A stretch of 64,000 nt of DNA, from the NCBI GenBank assembly GCA_963667085.2, contig OY762975.1:2480221-2544220 (forward strand). The letters are read 5' to 3'. The notes beneath the pieces are model-generated. The model was given only the letters and a program-made list of their open reading frames with translations. It had not been told where the DNA came from and searched no databases. Each line of letters opens with the position of its first letter. Position 1 is the first letter of the stretch. Origin of the DNA: Acidimicrobiales bacterium. GTDB taxonomy: Bacteria; Actinomycetota; Acidimicrobiia; Acidimicrobiales; Bin134. This document shows, piece after piece, positions 49,045 to 58,074 of the stretch. Position numbers and translations under genes: made by a program.

Positions 49045-50082
49045 TTGACCGTTCACGAAGAGAACAAGCTTGCGCTTGCCCCGCTGCGGGATGCGATGTA
49101 CCACTGGGTTGACGGGGGAGTGCTGCCGGTTTTGCAGAGGGCCTTTGTGGCCGATGCGCGAGTCCATTTGGCGTTTCCGTATGAGGACCTCGACGGCCCC
49201 GAGGGTCTGTGGGATCAGGCGCTGAGCACACTGGCGTCGGCCATGCCCGATATTGAGCGCCGTGACTACATCGTGATGGCTGGCGACGACGATCAAGGCG
49301 ACAACTGGGTTGGATGTTGCGGCCACTACACGGGTACGTGGTTGAGGCCGTTTCTGGACATTCCTGCTAGCGGACATCAAGCGGCGATGCGGTACCACGA
49401 GTTCTTCCATCTGGTTGATGGGCGCGTGGTGGAGATGCAGGCGCTGTGGGACATCCCCGAGATGATGATGCAGGCTGGCGTGTGGCCGATGGGCCCCAGC
49501 CTCGGGCGGATGTGGCAGGCACCCGGTCCGGCAACCCAAGACGGCGTGTACCGCGGTCCCCGGGATGCGGCGGACTCGCAGGCCAGCGTCGACTGGGTGA
49601 CGGGCATGCTTGCCGACATGGGCCGCCATCCCACCGAGCCCGAGCCGGTCATGCGCCTGGATCACTGGTGGCACCCGAAGTTCAGCTGGTACGGCCCTGC
49701 CGGTATCGGGACGGGACGAGGAGTGGACGGCTTCCGCAACTGGCACCAGATCCCGTTTCTGGCCGCGATGCCCGATCGCCGCGTCGATTTCAGCAGCGTG
49801 AGCCACTTCTTCGGCGACAACGACTATGTCGGGGTCACCGCCTGGCCGGGCATGGCGATGACAGTGACCGGCGACGGCTGGCTCGGCATTGCTCCCTCGG
49901 GTCGGGAGATCACCATGCGCAGCCTCGACTTTTGGAGGCTGGAAACCGATCCGGCCACCGGCCAGCGGTCGATTCGGGAGAATTGGGTGCTGGTCGATCT
50001 GCCGCATGCGTGGGACCAACTAGGGGTGGACGTCTTTCGGCGGATGAGAGAGTTGGCGCGGCCGAGTCGCCTGGCTGAATAA
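49045..50082 (+). CDS. double NTF2-like (SnoaL/ester-cyclase-like) protein
   Basis: ORF 48931-50082 trimmed to the in-frame TTG 49045, just after the upstream stop at 49016. By eye it aligns with the 45546-46649 product (e.g. ...MRSLDFWRLE...IRENWVLVDLPHAW). Confidence 0.55.
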   Translation: MTVHEENKLALAPLRDAMYHWVDGGVLPVLQRAFVADARVHLAFPYEDLDGPEGLWDQALSTLASAMPDIERRDYIVMAGDDDQGDNWVGCCGHYTGTWLRPFLDIPASGHQAAMRYHEFFHLVDGRVVEMQALWDIPEMMMQAGVWPMGPSLGRMWQAPGPATQDGVYRGPRDAADSQASVDWVTGMLADMGRHPTEPEPVMRLDHWWHPKFSWYGPAGIGTGRGVDGFRNWHQIPFLAAMPDRRVDFSSVSHFFGDNDYVGVTAWPGMAMTVTGDGWLGIAPSGREITMRSLDFWRLETDPATGQRSIRENWVLVDLPHAWDQLGVDVFRRMRELARPSRLAE

Positions 50083-50093
50083 CGAATACCGGG

Positions 50094-50885
50094 TTGACAA
50101 TGGGAGACATTGAACTGGCGGCCTCGAAGGCGGCGGTGCGGCTCGACCCCGGGAGCGGCGGTCGGATTGCTTTATTGGAGGTGGATGGGGTGGAGCTGCT
50201 GGCCCCGCGCCAAGGTAGCGATTGGTTAACGTGGGGGTGTTATCCCATGGTGCCCTGGGCAGGGCGTATCCGCGATGGCCGGTTCGGATTCGACGGCCAG
50301 AAGTACCAACTGGAGTTGGATCTGCCCCCTCATGCCATTCACGGGGTGGGGTATCGGGCCAATTGGGAGTCGGAGGGCCCTAGAACCCTGCATCTGAACA
50401 TGGAAGGGCTGTGGCCGTTCGGGGGTGGGGTGGAGCAACGAGTTGACCTAACTGACCAGGCTCTGGCCCTGTCCATGTCGGTACGGGCGACTAGGCGGAT
50501 GCCGGTAATGGCCGGGTGGCACCCGTGCTTTCGCCGACAATTGTCACGAGGCGGCCAGGCCGAGCTTTCGTTCAACGGCGGGTATATGTGGCAGCGAGAC
50601 GATGCAGGGATCCCGACAGGGGAGCGGATACCGGTTCCGCCGGGCCCGTGGGACGATTGCTTCGGCGACGTTGCCGAGCCTCCGGTGGTGCGCTGGCCGG
50701 GCTTCGGGTTGATACGGCTGGAATCCAACATGACGTCGTGGGTGGTGTACGACGAGCGCCCCGACCTGGTGTGCGTGGAGCCCCAAAGCGACGCCCCTGA
50801 TGCATTCAACCGGGATCCGGTAATTCTCGAGCCGGGTGAGACGCTGGATGTATGGATGAATATTTCTTGGGACCTCGAGCAATGA
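50094..50885 (+). CDS. aldose 1-epimerase (galactose mutarotase-like) family protein
   Basis: 263 aa (TTG 50094 or ATG 50100) with ...GGRIALLEVDG..., ...HAIHGVGYR... and ...VCVEPQSDAPDAFN... Confidence 0.7.
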   Translation: MTMGDIELAASKAAVRLDPGSGGRIALLEVDGVELLAPRQGSDWLTWGCYPMVPWAGRIRDGRFGFDGQKYQLELDLPPHAIHGVGYRANWESEGPRTLHLNMEGLWPFGGGVEQRVDLTDQALALSMSVRATRRMPVMAGWHPCFRRQLSRGGQAELSFNGGYMWQRDDAGIPTGERIPVPPGPWDDCFGDVAEPPVVRWPGFGLIRLESNMTSWVVYDERPDLVCVEPQSDAPDAFNRDPVILEPGETLDVWMNISWDLEQ

Positions 50886-51679
50886 GCACCGATCCCAGAC
50901 GGCGGCTGGCCGCTGAGCTTCGCGGGACACCGTCGGACCAGTTGCCCGGCGTCTTGGCCTTTGGAGACGGTGATGTGACGGCGATTTTCGTGTCGCTCTC
51001 GGCGCGCTGTCCTGACGGACGGGATGCCGAGTACTTGGAGTGGCACACTCTCGACCATCGCGCCGAGCAGCATCGGCTACCCGGACTCCGCGGTTCGGTG
51101 CGGTACGTGTCCACGCCGGAGTGCCGATCGGCCAGAGCCGCGGCTGACACTCGATATGAGGCCACCGACCACGTCATGGTGTACCTGTTTGGCGACCAAG
51201 CCCCGATGGACGCGTTCTATGGACTGGGCGAGGAGCTTTTCAGAGCAGGACGGATGCAGCACCGACTGCCCCCGGTAGAGGGGGATCTCTATCTGGTGCA
51301 GGGCAAGACGGCAGCGCCGAGCGCGGTAGCTGGTTCCGACGTTCTCCCATGGCGTCCCGCTCGAGGTGCGTACCTGCTTCTCGAGCTTGGAACCGCAGCG
51401 CCCGACCATCTCATTGGGGTCGATGGCGTTGCTGGCGTGTGGTGGGCAGCTGCTGATTTTGAGGAGATTGAGGACCGACCTTGGTTCGGTTCCCTGACGT
51501 CGGGCGACGAGGGCGTGAAGCAAGTCAGCCTCTGCTTCACCGACGGAGACCCAATCGACGTTGCCAAGCGAATGGAGCCGGTCTTGAAGGAGCGATGGGC
51601 TGAGGGTTCAGTGAAGCCCTTGCTGGCCGCGCCCTTCCACACCGTCGTCCCTTACGAGTGGGATCGCCACCTGCCCTGA
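50882..51679 (+). CDS. hypothetical protein
   Basis: ORF trimmed to ATG 50882, an ATGA overlap with the upstream stop. I recognise no motif. Coding is supported only by the overlap geometry and codon-like GC3 pattern. Confidence 0.5.
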   Translation: MSTDPRRRLAAELRGTPSDQLPGVLAFGDGDVTAIFVSLSARCPDGRDAEYLEWHTLDHRAEQHRLPGLRGSVRYVSTPECRSARAAADTRYEATDHVMVYLFGDQAPMDAFYGLGEELFRAGRMQHRLPPVEGDLYLVQGKTAAPSAVAGSDVLPWRPARGAYLLLELGTAAPDHLIGVDGVAGVWWAAADFEEIEDRPWFGSLTSGDEGVKQVSLCFTDGDPIDVAKRMEPVLKERWAEGSVKPLLAAPFHTVVPYEWDRHLP

Positions 51680-51691
51680 CCTGGGTCGATT

Positions 51692-52216
51692 CTAGGGATC
51701 GGTGCCGGTGCCGCGATCAAGAATGCGTTGGTAGGCGTCAACGGTTTCCTGGTTGAAGGCAACGAACCGGACCTTTGAGACGCTGGTGGGTGCAGATCGG
51801 ACGGTGGCGACGGCGATGGCGGCCGCGGCGTCAATCGGATACCCGAAAACCCCGGTGGAGATGGCTGGAAAGGCAACGGTGTCAGCTTCCACCTCGTCGG
51901 CCCGGGCCAGCGACTCCCGATAGCAGGAGGCCAGCAGCTCTGGCTCTCCGTGGCCGCCGCCATGCCACACCGGCCCCACGGTGTGGATCACCCATCGGGC
52001 CGTGAGGTTGAACCCCGGCGTGATCTTGGCCTCCCCGGTCTCACATCCACCCATGGCGCGGCAGTACTCGACCAACTCCGGTCCCGCCGCCCGGTGGATC
52101 GCCCCATCCACCCCGCCACCCCCCAGCAAGGTGTGGTTGGCCGCATTCACGATCGCATCCACGTCTTCAGCTGTGATGTCGCCCTGGATAAGAACCAAAT
52201 GAGGTCTAGCGCTCAT
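51692..52216 (-). CDS. macro-domain protein (O-acetyl-ADP-ribose deacetylase/ADP-ribose-binding, YmdB-like)
   Basis: ORF 51692-52543 trimmed to ATG 52216 ([45 protein letters not shown]...). Canonical macro motifs, 174 aa. Confidence 0.9.
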   Translation of the reverse strand: MSARPHLVLIQGDITAEDVDAIVNAANHTLLGGGGVDGAIHRAAGPELVEYCRAMGGCETGEAKITPGFNLTARWVIHTVGPVWHGGGHGEPELLASCYRESLARADEVEADTVAFPAISTGVFGYPIDAAAAIAVATVRSAPTSVSKVRFVAFNQETVDAYQRILDRGTGTDP

Positions 52217-52289
52217 AGCGTGCGGCAATCCTACGTTCGATGATGTGCTCTCGGTCAGCAGGAGCCTGTAGAGAAATCTCTGGGATGGT

Positions 52290-53489
52290 TTAGCGTCTAG
52301 GAATCGGATCAGGCGGTGGGGTAGGCGGTTTCTGCCAGGGTGGCCGGAGGTAGCGGCGACCGGTGTCGGGGTGCTTCTCCACAGCCCAGTTGTTGTTGTG
52401 AACCTTGTCGTGGCAGGTGTGACACAGCAGTACCAAGTTGTCGGGCTGGGTGGGTCCGCCGTGTTGCCATTCGATGATGTGGTGCGAGATGCACCATTCG
52501 GGTTCGACCTGGCAGCCGATGCAGCCCCCATCTCGGGCTTCAAGAGCAGCTCGCAGGGCGAAGTTGGGGTGGCGGCTGGTGCTGCCCAGCCAGATGGGCT
52601 CGGTGTCAGCTTCTCGAAACAGACCGCAGAGGATGTCGGCGTCGCAGGCCAGCATGTGGAACTCAGACGCCGGTAGGGGAGTGCCGTCAGCCAGGCGAGG
52701 GTTGCCCAGCTTGTTGTCGACGAGGTCGTAGTCGGCCATCAACAACAACGTGGTGCCTTGGGGTTGCTCTTTGCCGCCGTCAGAGCTTTGGCGAGTTATC
52801 AGTTGCTCAAGGGCGTCGGCCCGGCGGTGCCGGTCTGAGATGTGATCTCGGCCCCGCTTGTTGTCGAAGCGCCAGTTGGCGTCGGTCTTGGCGTTAAGTG
52901 TCTTGCGAATGCGGGCCGCCGCGGTGGAGTCGAACAGGGCGTACATCTGCCACATGCCATCATCTCGTTCGGTGAAGCTGCCCGTTCGGGCCTGTCTCTG
53001 GCGCTCATGACGGGCCTCCCCGTCGTCGCCGGCCAACTCGTTCTGATGGTCCCGCATCGTCTTGCGGAACTGATCCGGCGTCTGAGTCTCAGCCGCCACC
53101 AGCATCTTCTGCTCGTCCATCGGCCCATTCTCCGACGCCCTTCCCATGATCCGAGCGTGCTCAGGGGTGATCCGGCTGTCCACCAAAGCGTCCCGAGTGG
53201 CCCCCAGCTTCTCCAGTTGTGCAGCCTCGTTCATCGTCTTGCGAGCCTGCCCTCTCGACACCCGCAACCCCTCCAGCAATCCATCAACGGTGTCACCCAC
53301 CCGCGACCGCCGCTTCTTCTCCGCCACCACCTCCGCAATCAACCCCGAGACCCGGCTCTGCACCCGCCCCAAATCCCGCAACCGAGAATCCAACCCAGCA
53401 GCATCCAACCCCCGAACATCCACCGCCGCCAACACCGAACGAGGCACATCGGCGGCAGTGTTATCCCTGGTCAGAGCTTCAAACTCCAT
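52290..53489 (-). CDS. DUF222-type HNH endonuclease (actinobacterial 13E12-repeat-like family)
   Basis: 399 aa with a long helical N-terminal region. The C-terminal HNH reads [36 protein letters not shown]. Confidence 0.85.
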   Translation of the reverse strand: MEFEALTRDNTAADVPRSVLAAVDVRGLDAAGLDSRLRDLGRVQSRVSGLIAEVVAEKKRRSRVGDTVDGLLEGLRVSRGQARKTMNEAAQLEKLGATRDALVDSRITPEHARIMGRASENGPMDEQKMLVAAETQTPDQFRKTMRDHQNELAGDDGEARHERQRQARTGSFTERDDGMWQMYALFDSTAAARIRKTLNAKTDANWRFDNKRGRDHISDRHRRADALEQLITRQSSDGGKEQPQGTTLLLMADYDLVDNKLGNPRLADGTPLPASEFHMLACDADILCGLFREADTEPIWLGSTSRHPNFALRAALEARDGGCIGCQVEPEWCISHHIIEWQHGGPTQPDNLVLLCHTCHDKVHNNNWAVEKHPDTGRRYLRPPWQKPPTPPPDPIPRR

Positions 53490-53578
53490 GCCAATATTCT
53501 ATCGACGCCTGTGACAACATCTCTCTGGGAGCAGCCGCGTCGATCAAGCCGTCACACCCTGCAAGTAGAGTGCTCGGC

Positions 53579-56500
53579 GTGACTGATCAGGTAGAAACGA
53601 AGCCAGACTCCTCAGACGGCAACCCGGTCTTCCGTCTTGAGCTTCCTGGCTGTAGCGGCACCGGCGTATTGCTCCCCGACGGCGGCTTCCTGGTTCGTGC
53701 CGGTGCAGTGGGGCGTGCCGAGACCAATGAATCGTTCCACAAGTATGCGAACAAATACCGACAGCAGCTTCGCCAGGAACTGCTTGACGACGGCACTCTC
53801 CTGGTCGATGGCGACCGTGCGGAGTTGACCCGTGACTGGGAATTCAATTCACCAAGCGCTGCCGGCGCGGTGCTGACAGGTAGCAATAGAAGTTGGCTTG
53901 ACAAGTGGCATGACGATGACGGCAAGACACTCAGGGAGTGCCTGCCCATCGAGACGAGCAATTCCGGCGGCGGCACTGACCCCGGGCCTGCCTCACCAGG
54001 GGAGATTGAGTTACGCCAGCTTTGGTATGAGGCACATGTTGGGCGATTCACTGCGGATCAAGGCCGCTACCAAGAGGCCATGTCGGCCACCGAGGGATTC
54101 AGGGCAAGTGCGGATGAAGCTCTCAGGCTGCTGGCTGATCTTCGACGAACCGGTGACCTTGACCGGTTTATTAGGGACATTCGGAAGTGGGCGGTAGCAC
54201 CGGGGACACTGGACTTCAGTGGGTTTGCCGGAGGGTTGCTGTTGAACCAGCTATACGATCGAGCCGACGAACCCCAACGATTCGCCCATCTGCTGGCCGA
54301 GTCGCTCACGGCTCCTGCTTCCGATCAGGAAGCTCTCGAGAAGCTTACGTCGATGGTGGACTATGTGAAGTCCATCAAGGTTGGAGCATACCCAGCCCCT
54401 GGAAGTGTGCCGTTTCTGTTGTCATATTTTTGGGCGCTGGCCGACTGGAAACGCTGGCCGGTGATGTGGGCAAGCGCTGTCCGTTTCATTGAGTTCTCTA
54501 CCGGTGAGAACCTGCCGGATGATCCTCCTGAGAAGTATCGGGTGTTTGTTGAGAGGGTCCGGGAGCTTACCTCCGACTATGAGGAGTTTGAGACGACCGC
54601 CGCATGGTGGCAGAACCAGGAGCCTGTATTCCTCGACGAGGTGCTGGCGGATCGCGCCGCTTTCGCCCTCGACACCGAGACTGCGGCGCAAGGCGACCTG
54701 GAGATCAATGCCCGGGCTCTCGTGAGCATCGCCAAACATTGGGGTATACGGCTTGCCGACGACGTCGCGGAAGCGCTCGGTCACCCAGTCAAAGTGATCG
54801 TGCCGAAGGCCAGCAGTGCCAGGCCAGACCTATGGGTGGACTGGCGAATCAACGAGGCCGCCGAAAACGGGCTCAGCATGAGGGTCTGGGTAACCGACCA
54901 GGGAGCAGCGGTTGCCCTACGCCCGGGGGTAAATCCAAAGGGCTGGATGGACAAGGTTGCGCCGGAACTTTCTTCAGCCAAACACGACGGCTGTCGAGTC
55001 CTCGGCGGACCTAGCTCCCAAATCGGCGAGGATGTCGGACTTCTTGGGGCCCACTGGGCAGAATTCGTCTATGGGCGGTGGTTCGACCGGGAAGAGTTCG
55101 CCGATGTCGACTTGGCGGCCACGGTTGTCGAGACGGCTACGCAGCTGAAGCCCCTGTTTGACGATCTACTGGCTCTTGCGGACCCGGAATCTCAGAAGCC
55201 GAATGGCGGTGACCCGATAGCGTCACGCGTCGAGAAGTTCCGAGCCGAGACTGGTTATCCAAGGCCCGAGGATGAGGAGCACAAGGCAGAACAGCGCCGA
55301 TTTGCAGAAGTGCTTGACCCCGAATCCATAGGCCTGGCTGATCCCGCCGAGATCCAACGGATTTGGAATGGTGGCAATTACGGCGGAACCGGGCCAATGT
55401 CGGGGTTGAATAGATCGTTCCGCGATGCTGACGCGGCCGAATACGAACGCATGGCGGAATCTTTCCGCTATCTGTGCTGGGGAGAGGATGCCGACGAGGA
55501 GCGCATCGACCGGCTGCTCACTGACGACCAATATCGCATTAGAGGGCTCGGGGAGTCAGTCATCATGAAGATGTTGGCGATCACACACCCTGACAAGTTC
55601 CTCTGCGTCTATCCCCAGCGTGGAGACATGGGGAAAAGCAAGATGCTCTCTTGGCTCGAGCTTGAGGAGCCAACTGGCTCGCGCGGCGAGATCCAAGTGG
55701 AATCCAACAGGCTCCTACGCGACCGACTTGAGCCATTCTTTCCCGACGACCCTTGGGGTATGTCGCAGTTCTTCTATTGGTATGCGTACGGACTCTCACC
55801 CAGTGCCCCCCAGGAGTTGGATGAGCTGGCTGAGGAACTGCTGGTCGAACGAAAGTTCCTGGACGACGTGGTCGAATTGTTGAAGGACAAGAGGCAGGTG
55901 ATCTTCTATGGGCCACCGGGGACGGGCAAAACGTATCTGGCCCGAAAGCTGGCCGAGGCTCTGGCCCCTGGTCCGGGGCAGCGGGCGTTGGTGCAGTTCC
56001 ATCCCTCAAGCTCCTATGAGGATTTCTTCGAGGGGTACCGGCCCCGAGTTGACGGCGGCAAGATGACCTACGAACTCACACGCGGTCCTTTGGCAGACAT
56101 GGCAAAGCTGGCCGCGGGTACCCCTGACCAACAGCATGTGATGATCATCGACGAGATCAACCGGGCCAACTTGCCCAAGGTGCTCGGCGAGCTGCTGTTC
56201 CTGTTGGAGTACCGCGACGAGAGCGTGCGCACGCTCTACCGACGACCCGACGATCCGTTTGCGCTCCCCCGAAACCTGTGGTTCATCGGCACCATGAACA
56301 CTGCCGATCGCTCCATCGCCCTGGTGGACGCCGCCTTGCGGCGTCGGTTCCACTTCATCCCGTTCTTCCCGAACCGCAAGCCAATAGCGGGGCTGTTGGA
56401 TCGTTGGCTTGAGGCGAATGGTGAGCCTCGGTGGGTGGGCGAGTTGGTGGCACAAGTCAACGACGAACTCAAAGATGCACTGGGTGGGGACGACCTACTC

Positions 56501-56767
56501 GTCGGGCCAAGCCACTTCATGAAGGCAGGCTTGGACACCGAGGTCGTGCGGCGAATTTGGGAGTACAACATTGAGCCGTTCATCGAAGACCAGTTCTTCG
56601 GCGACCCAGCGGAGATCGAGCGGTTCCGCTTCAAGAATGTCTATGAGCGGTACCGCGACTACTCCGGTCAAGACGAGATGGAGGCAGCCCAAGAACAGCC
56701 TGTAACCGCCACGCCGTCTGACGAGAGCGACGAACCACAAGAAGACCAAAACGACGAGGCGGAGTGA
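53579..56767 (+). CDS. mcrB: McrB-type GTPase (type IV restriction specificity/motor subunit) with very long N-terminal extension
   Basis: ORF 53219-56767 trimmed to GTG 53579 (or 53570), because codons upstream are antisense to the HNH gene. Walker A GPPGTGKT at 55910-55933, Walker B MIIDEINRAN, McrB signature MNTADRS at 56294-56314, and ALRRRFHF. The N-terminal ~110 aa look DUF4357-like (FNSPSAAGAVLTGSNRSWLDKW). Confidence 0.85.
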   Translation: MTDQVETKPDSSDGNPVFRLELPGCSGTGVLLPDGGFLVRAGAVGRAETNESFHKYANKYRQQLRQELLDDGTLLVDGDRAELTRDWEFNSPSAAGAVLTGSNRSWLDKWHDDDGKTLRECLPIETSNSGGGTDPGPASPGEIELRQLWYEAHVGRFTADQGRYQEAMSATEGFRASADEALRLLADLRRTGDLDRFIRDIRKWAVAPGTLDFSGFAGGLLLNQLYDRADEPQRFAHLLAESLTAPASDQEALEKLTSMVDYVKSIKVGAYPAPGSVPFLLSYFWALADWKRWPVMWASAVRFIEFSTGENLPDDPPEKYRVFVERVRELTSDYEEFETTAAWWQNQEPVFLDEVLADRAAFALDTETAAQGDLEINARALVSIAKHWGIRLADDVAEALGHPVKVIVPKASSARPDLWVDWRINEAAENGLSMRVWVTDQGAAVALRPGVNPKGWMDKVAPELSSAKHDGCRVLGGPSSQIGEDVGLLGAHWAEFVYGRWFDREEFADVDLAATVVETATQLKPLFDDLLALADPESQKPNGGDPIASRVEKFRAETGYPRPEDEEHKAEQRRFAEVLDPESIGLADPAEIQRIWNGGNYGGTGPMSGLNRSFRDADAAEYERMAESFRYLCWGEDADEERIDRLLTDDQYRIRGLGESVIMKMLAITHPDKFLCVYPQRGDMGKSKMLSWLELEEPTGSRGEIQVESNRLLRDRLEPFFPDDPWGMSQFFYWYAYGLSPSAPQELDELAEELLVERKFLDDVVELLKDKRQVIFYGPPGTGKTYLARKLAEALAPGPGQRALVQFHPSSSYEDFFEGYRPRVDGGKMTYELTRGPLADMAKLAAGTPDQQHVMIIDEINRANLPKVLGELLFLLEYRDESVRTLYRRPDDPFALPRNLWFIGTMNTADRSIALVDAALRRRFHFIPFFPNRKPIAGLLDRWLEANGEPRWVGELVAQVNDELKDALGGDDLLVGPSHFMKAGLDTEVVRRIWEYNIEPFIEDQFFGDPAEIERFRFKNVYERYRDYSGQDEMEAAQEQPVTATPSDESDEPQEDQNDEAE

Positions 56768-57960
56768 GCGACACGATCACGCTCTACGAGTACGAGCGGA
56801 CATCGCATCGGCTCTCGGAATCCCAATCGCGTCGCCTTGCCTCCGTGGGTAAGGGTGCGGTCACCGTAGAGCCGGAGGCTCAACACGGCTACTACTCGAT
56901 TACCGCCCAGAACTGGGTGGGCACCTTGGTAGTCGATGATCTTCGGGTGCTGATCCGCCCAAAGATCAGGCCAGAAAACCTGTTCTTGCTGCTGGAAGTG
57001 GGCTTGAGCCCCGATGCTTGGCGGCAGGAGGCCTTTGACTACGCGACCAGCGCCGACCTGTTGCCCTCGGTGATTGCCTTTTATGCACGCACCTTGGAGA
57101 CCACCCTGGCCCGAGGGCTCCTGCGTTCATACCGCCATACCGAGGAGAGGCTGGTGGCGCCGCGGGGGCGCATCGACATGGCCGGGCAATTCCGCCAAGC
57201 AGGAATCCGGGTGCCGGTGGCGTGCCGATTCGACGAGTACACCTCCGACATCGCCGAGAACCGCTACCTGAAGGCCGCGACCCGATTGGCGCTGAGGGTT
57301 CCTGGTGTGGCTCCTGAGGATCGTCAACGATTGCTTCGGGAGGTCGTCTCACTGGAGGATGTGGCCGACGTCCATGTTCAACCTGACGATCTCGACCGAA
57401 TTGCATTCACCCGTTTGAACGCTCACTATCAGCCTGCGCTGCGCCTCGCCCGGCTGCTGCTCGCGAACCTGACTCTGGCTGACCGGCGCGGTCATCACGC
57501 CGCTTCGTCGTTCCTGGTGGACATGAACCAGCTCTTCGAAGACTTCGTCACCCAGCGGCTGCGACGGGCGTTGCAGGGCCGTCTCGAAGTAGCGAGCCAG
57601 TTGAGCACCTACTTGGCAACTCGCAACCAAGTGCCGATTCGCCCCGACTTGGTGTTCCGCAGGCAAGGCCACGAGGTCCTTGTCGCCGATATCAAATACA
57701 AGCTGACTGGCGATGCTCAAGCCCAAAATTCGGACTACTACCAGTTGCTCGCTTACACCACGGCACTCGATCTCCCGGAGGGGCTGTTGATCTACTGCCT
57801 TGCTGACGATGGTCGGCCGGAAGGGGTAGTGACCGTTAGACATGCTGGAAAGCGACTTCACACCAAGGCCATCAACTTAACCGGTTCATCTAGTGAGGTG
57901 GCTTCGGAGATATCCGGTCTTGCCGGGTGGATTCGCGGACAGGTTCGGGTCGCTGCATGA
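56764..57960 (+). CDS. mcrC: McrC-like nuclease subunit
   Basis: 398 aa with a GTGA overlap with the mcrB stop. PD-(D/E)xK-type motif RPDLVFRRQGHEVLVADIKYK at 57640-57696, followed by YYQLLAYT. Confidence 0.8.
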   Translation: MSDTITLYEYERTSHRLSESQSRRLASVGKGAVTVEPEAQHGYYSITAQNWVGTLVVDDLRVLIRPKIRPENLFLLLEVGLSPDAWRQEAFDYATSADLLPSVIAFYARTLETTLARGLLRSYRHTEERLVAPRGRIDMAGQFRQAGIRVPVACRFDEYTSDIAENRYLKAATRLALRVPGVAPEDRQRLLREVVSLEDVADVHVQPDDLDRIAFTRLNAHYQPALRLARLLLANLTLADRRGHHAASSFLVDMNQLFEDFVTQRLRRALQGRLEVASQLSTYLATRNQVPIRPDLVFRRQGHEVLVADIKYKLTGDAQAQNSDYYQLLAYTTALDLPEGLLIYCLADDGRPEGVVTVRHAGKRLHTKAINLTGSSSEVASEISGLAGWIRGQVRVAA

Positions 57961-58026
57961 TCGTTCGATGGGTGGCCCAGATGTGTCCAAGAACGACACT
58001 GGAAGTGGCCGTTTTTGCAATAGAGA

Positions 58027-58051
58027 GGTCACTTTCAAAGCAAAAGTGACC
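58027..58051 (+). terminator. perfect 9-bp inverted repeat GGTCACTTT-7 nt-AAAGTGACC (mcrC terminator or fic operator)
   Basis: Stems at 58027-58035 and 58043-58051, followed by GTTTAT. It lies in the 114-nt AT-richer gap between mcrC and fic. Confidence 0.3.
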
Positions 58052-58074
58052 GTTTATGCAATTCGGCGGTTAGT

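Noticed and set aside
47718-50019. Two long minus-strand ORFs (47718-48830, 370 aa; 48799-50019, 406 aa)
   Set aside because: They lie antisense to the MetE-like and NTF2-like genes, have no motifs, and show shadow-ORF composition.
53219-53578. Pro-rich 120-aa N-terminal extension of the big McrB-like ORF ([23 protein letters not shown]...PPPPTPNEA...)
   Set aside because: These codons lie antisense to the well-supported DUF222-HNH gene (52290-53489) and have low-complexity composition typical of antisense reading in high-GC DNA. The first plausible starts after that gene are GTG 53570 and 53579.
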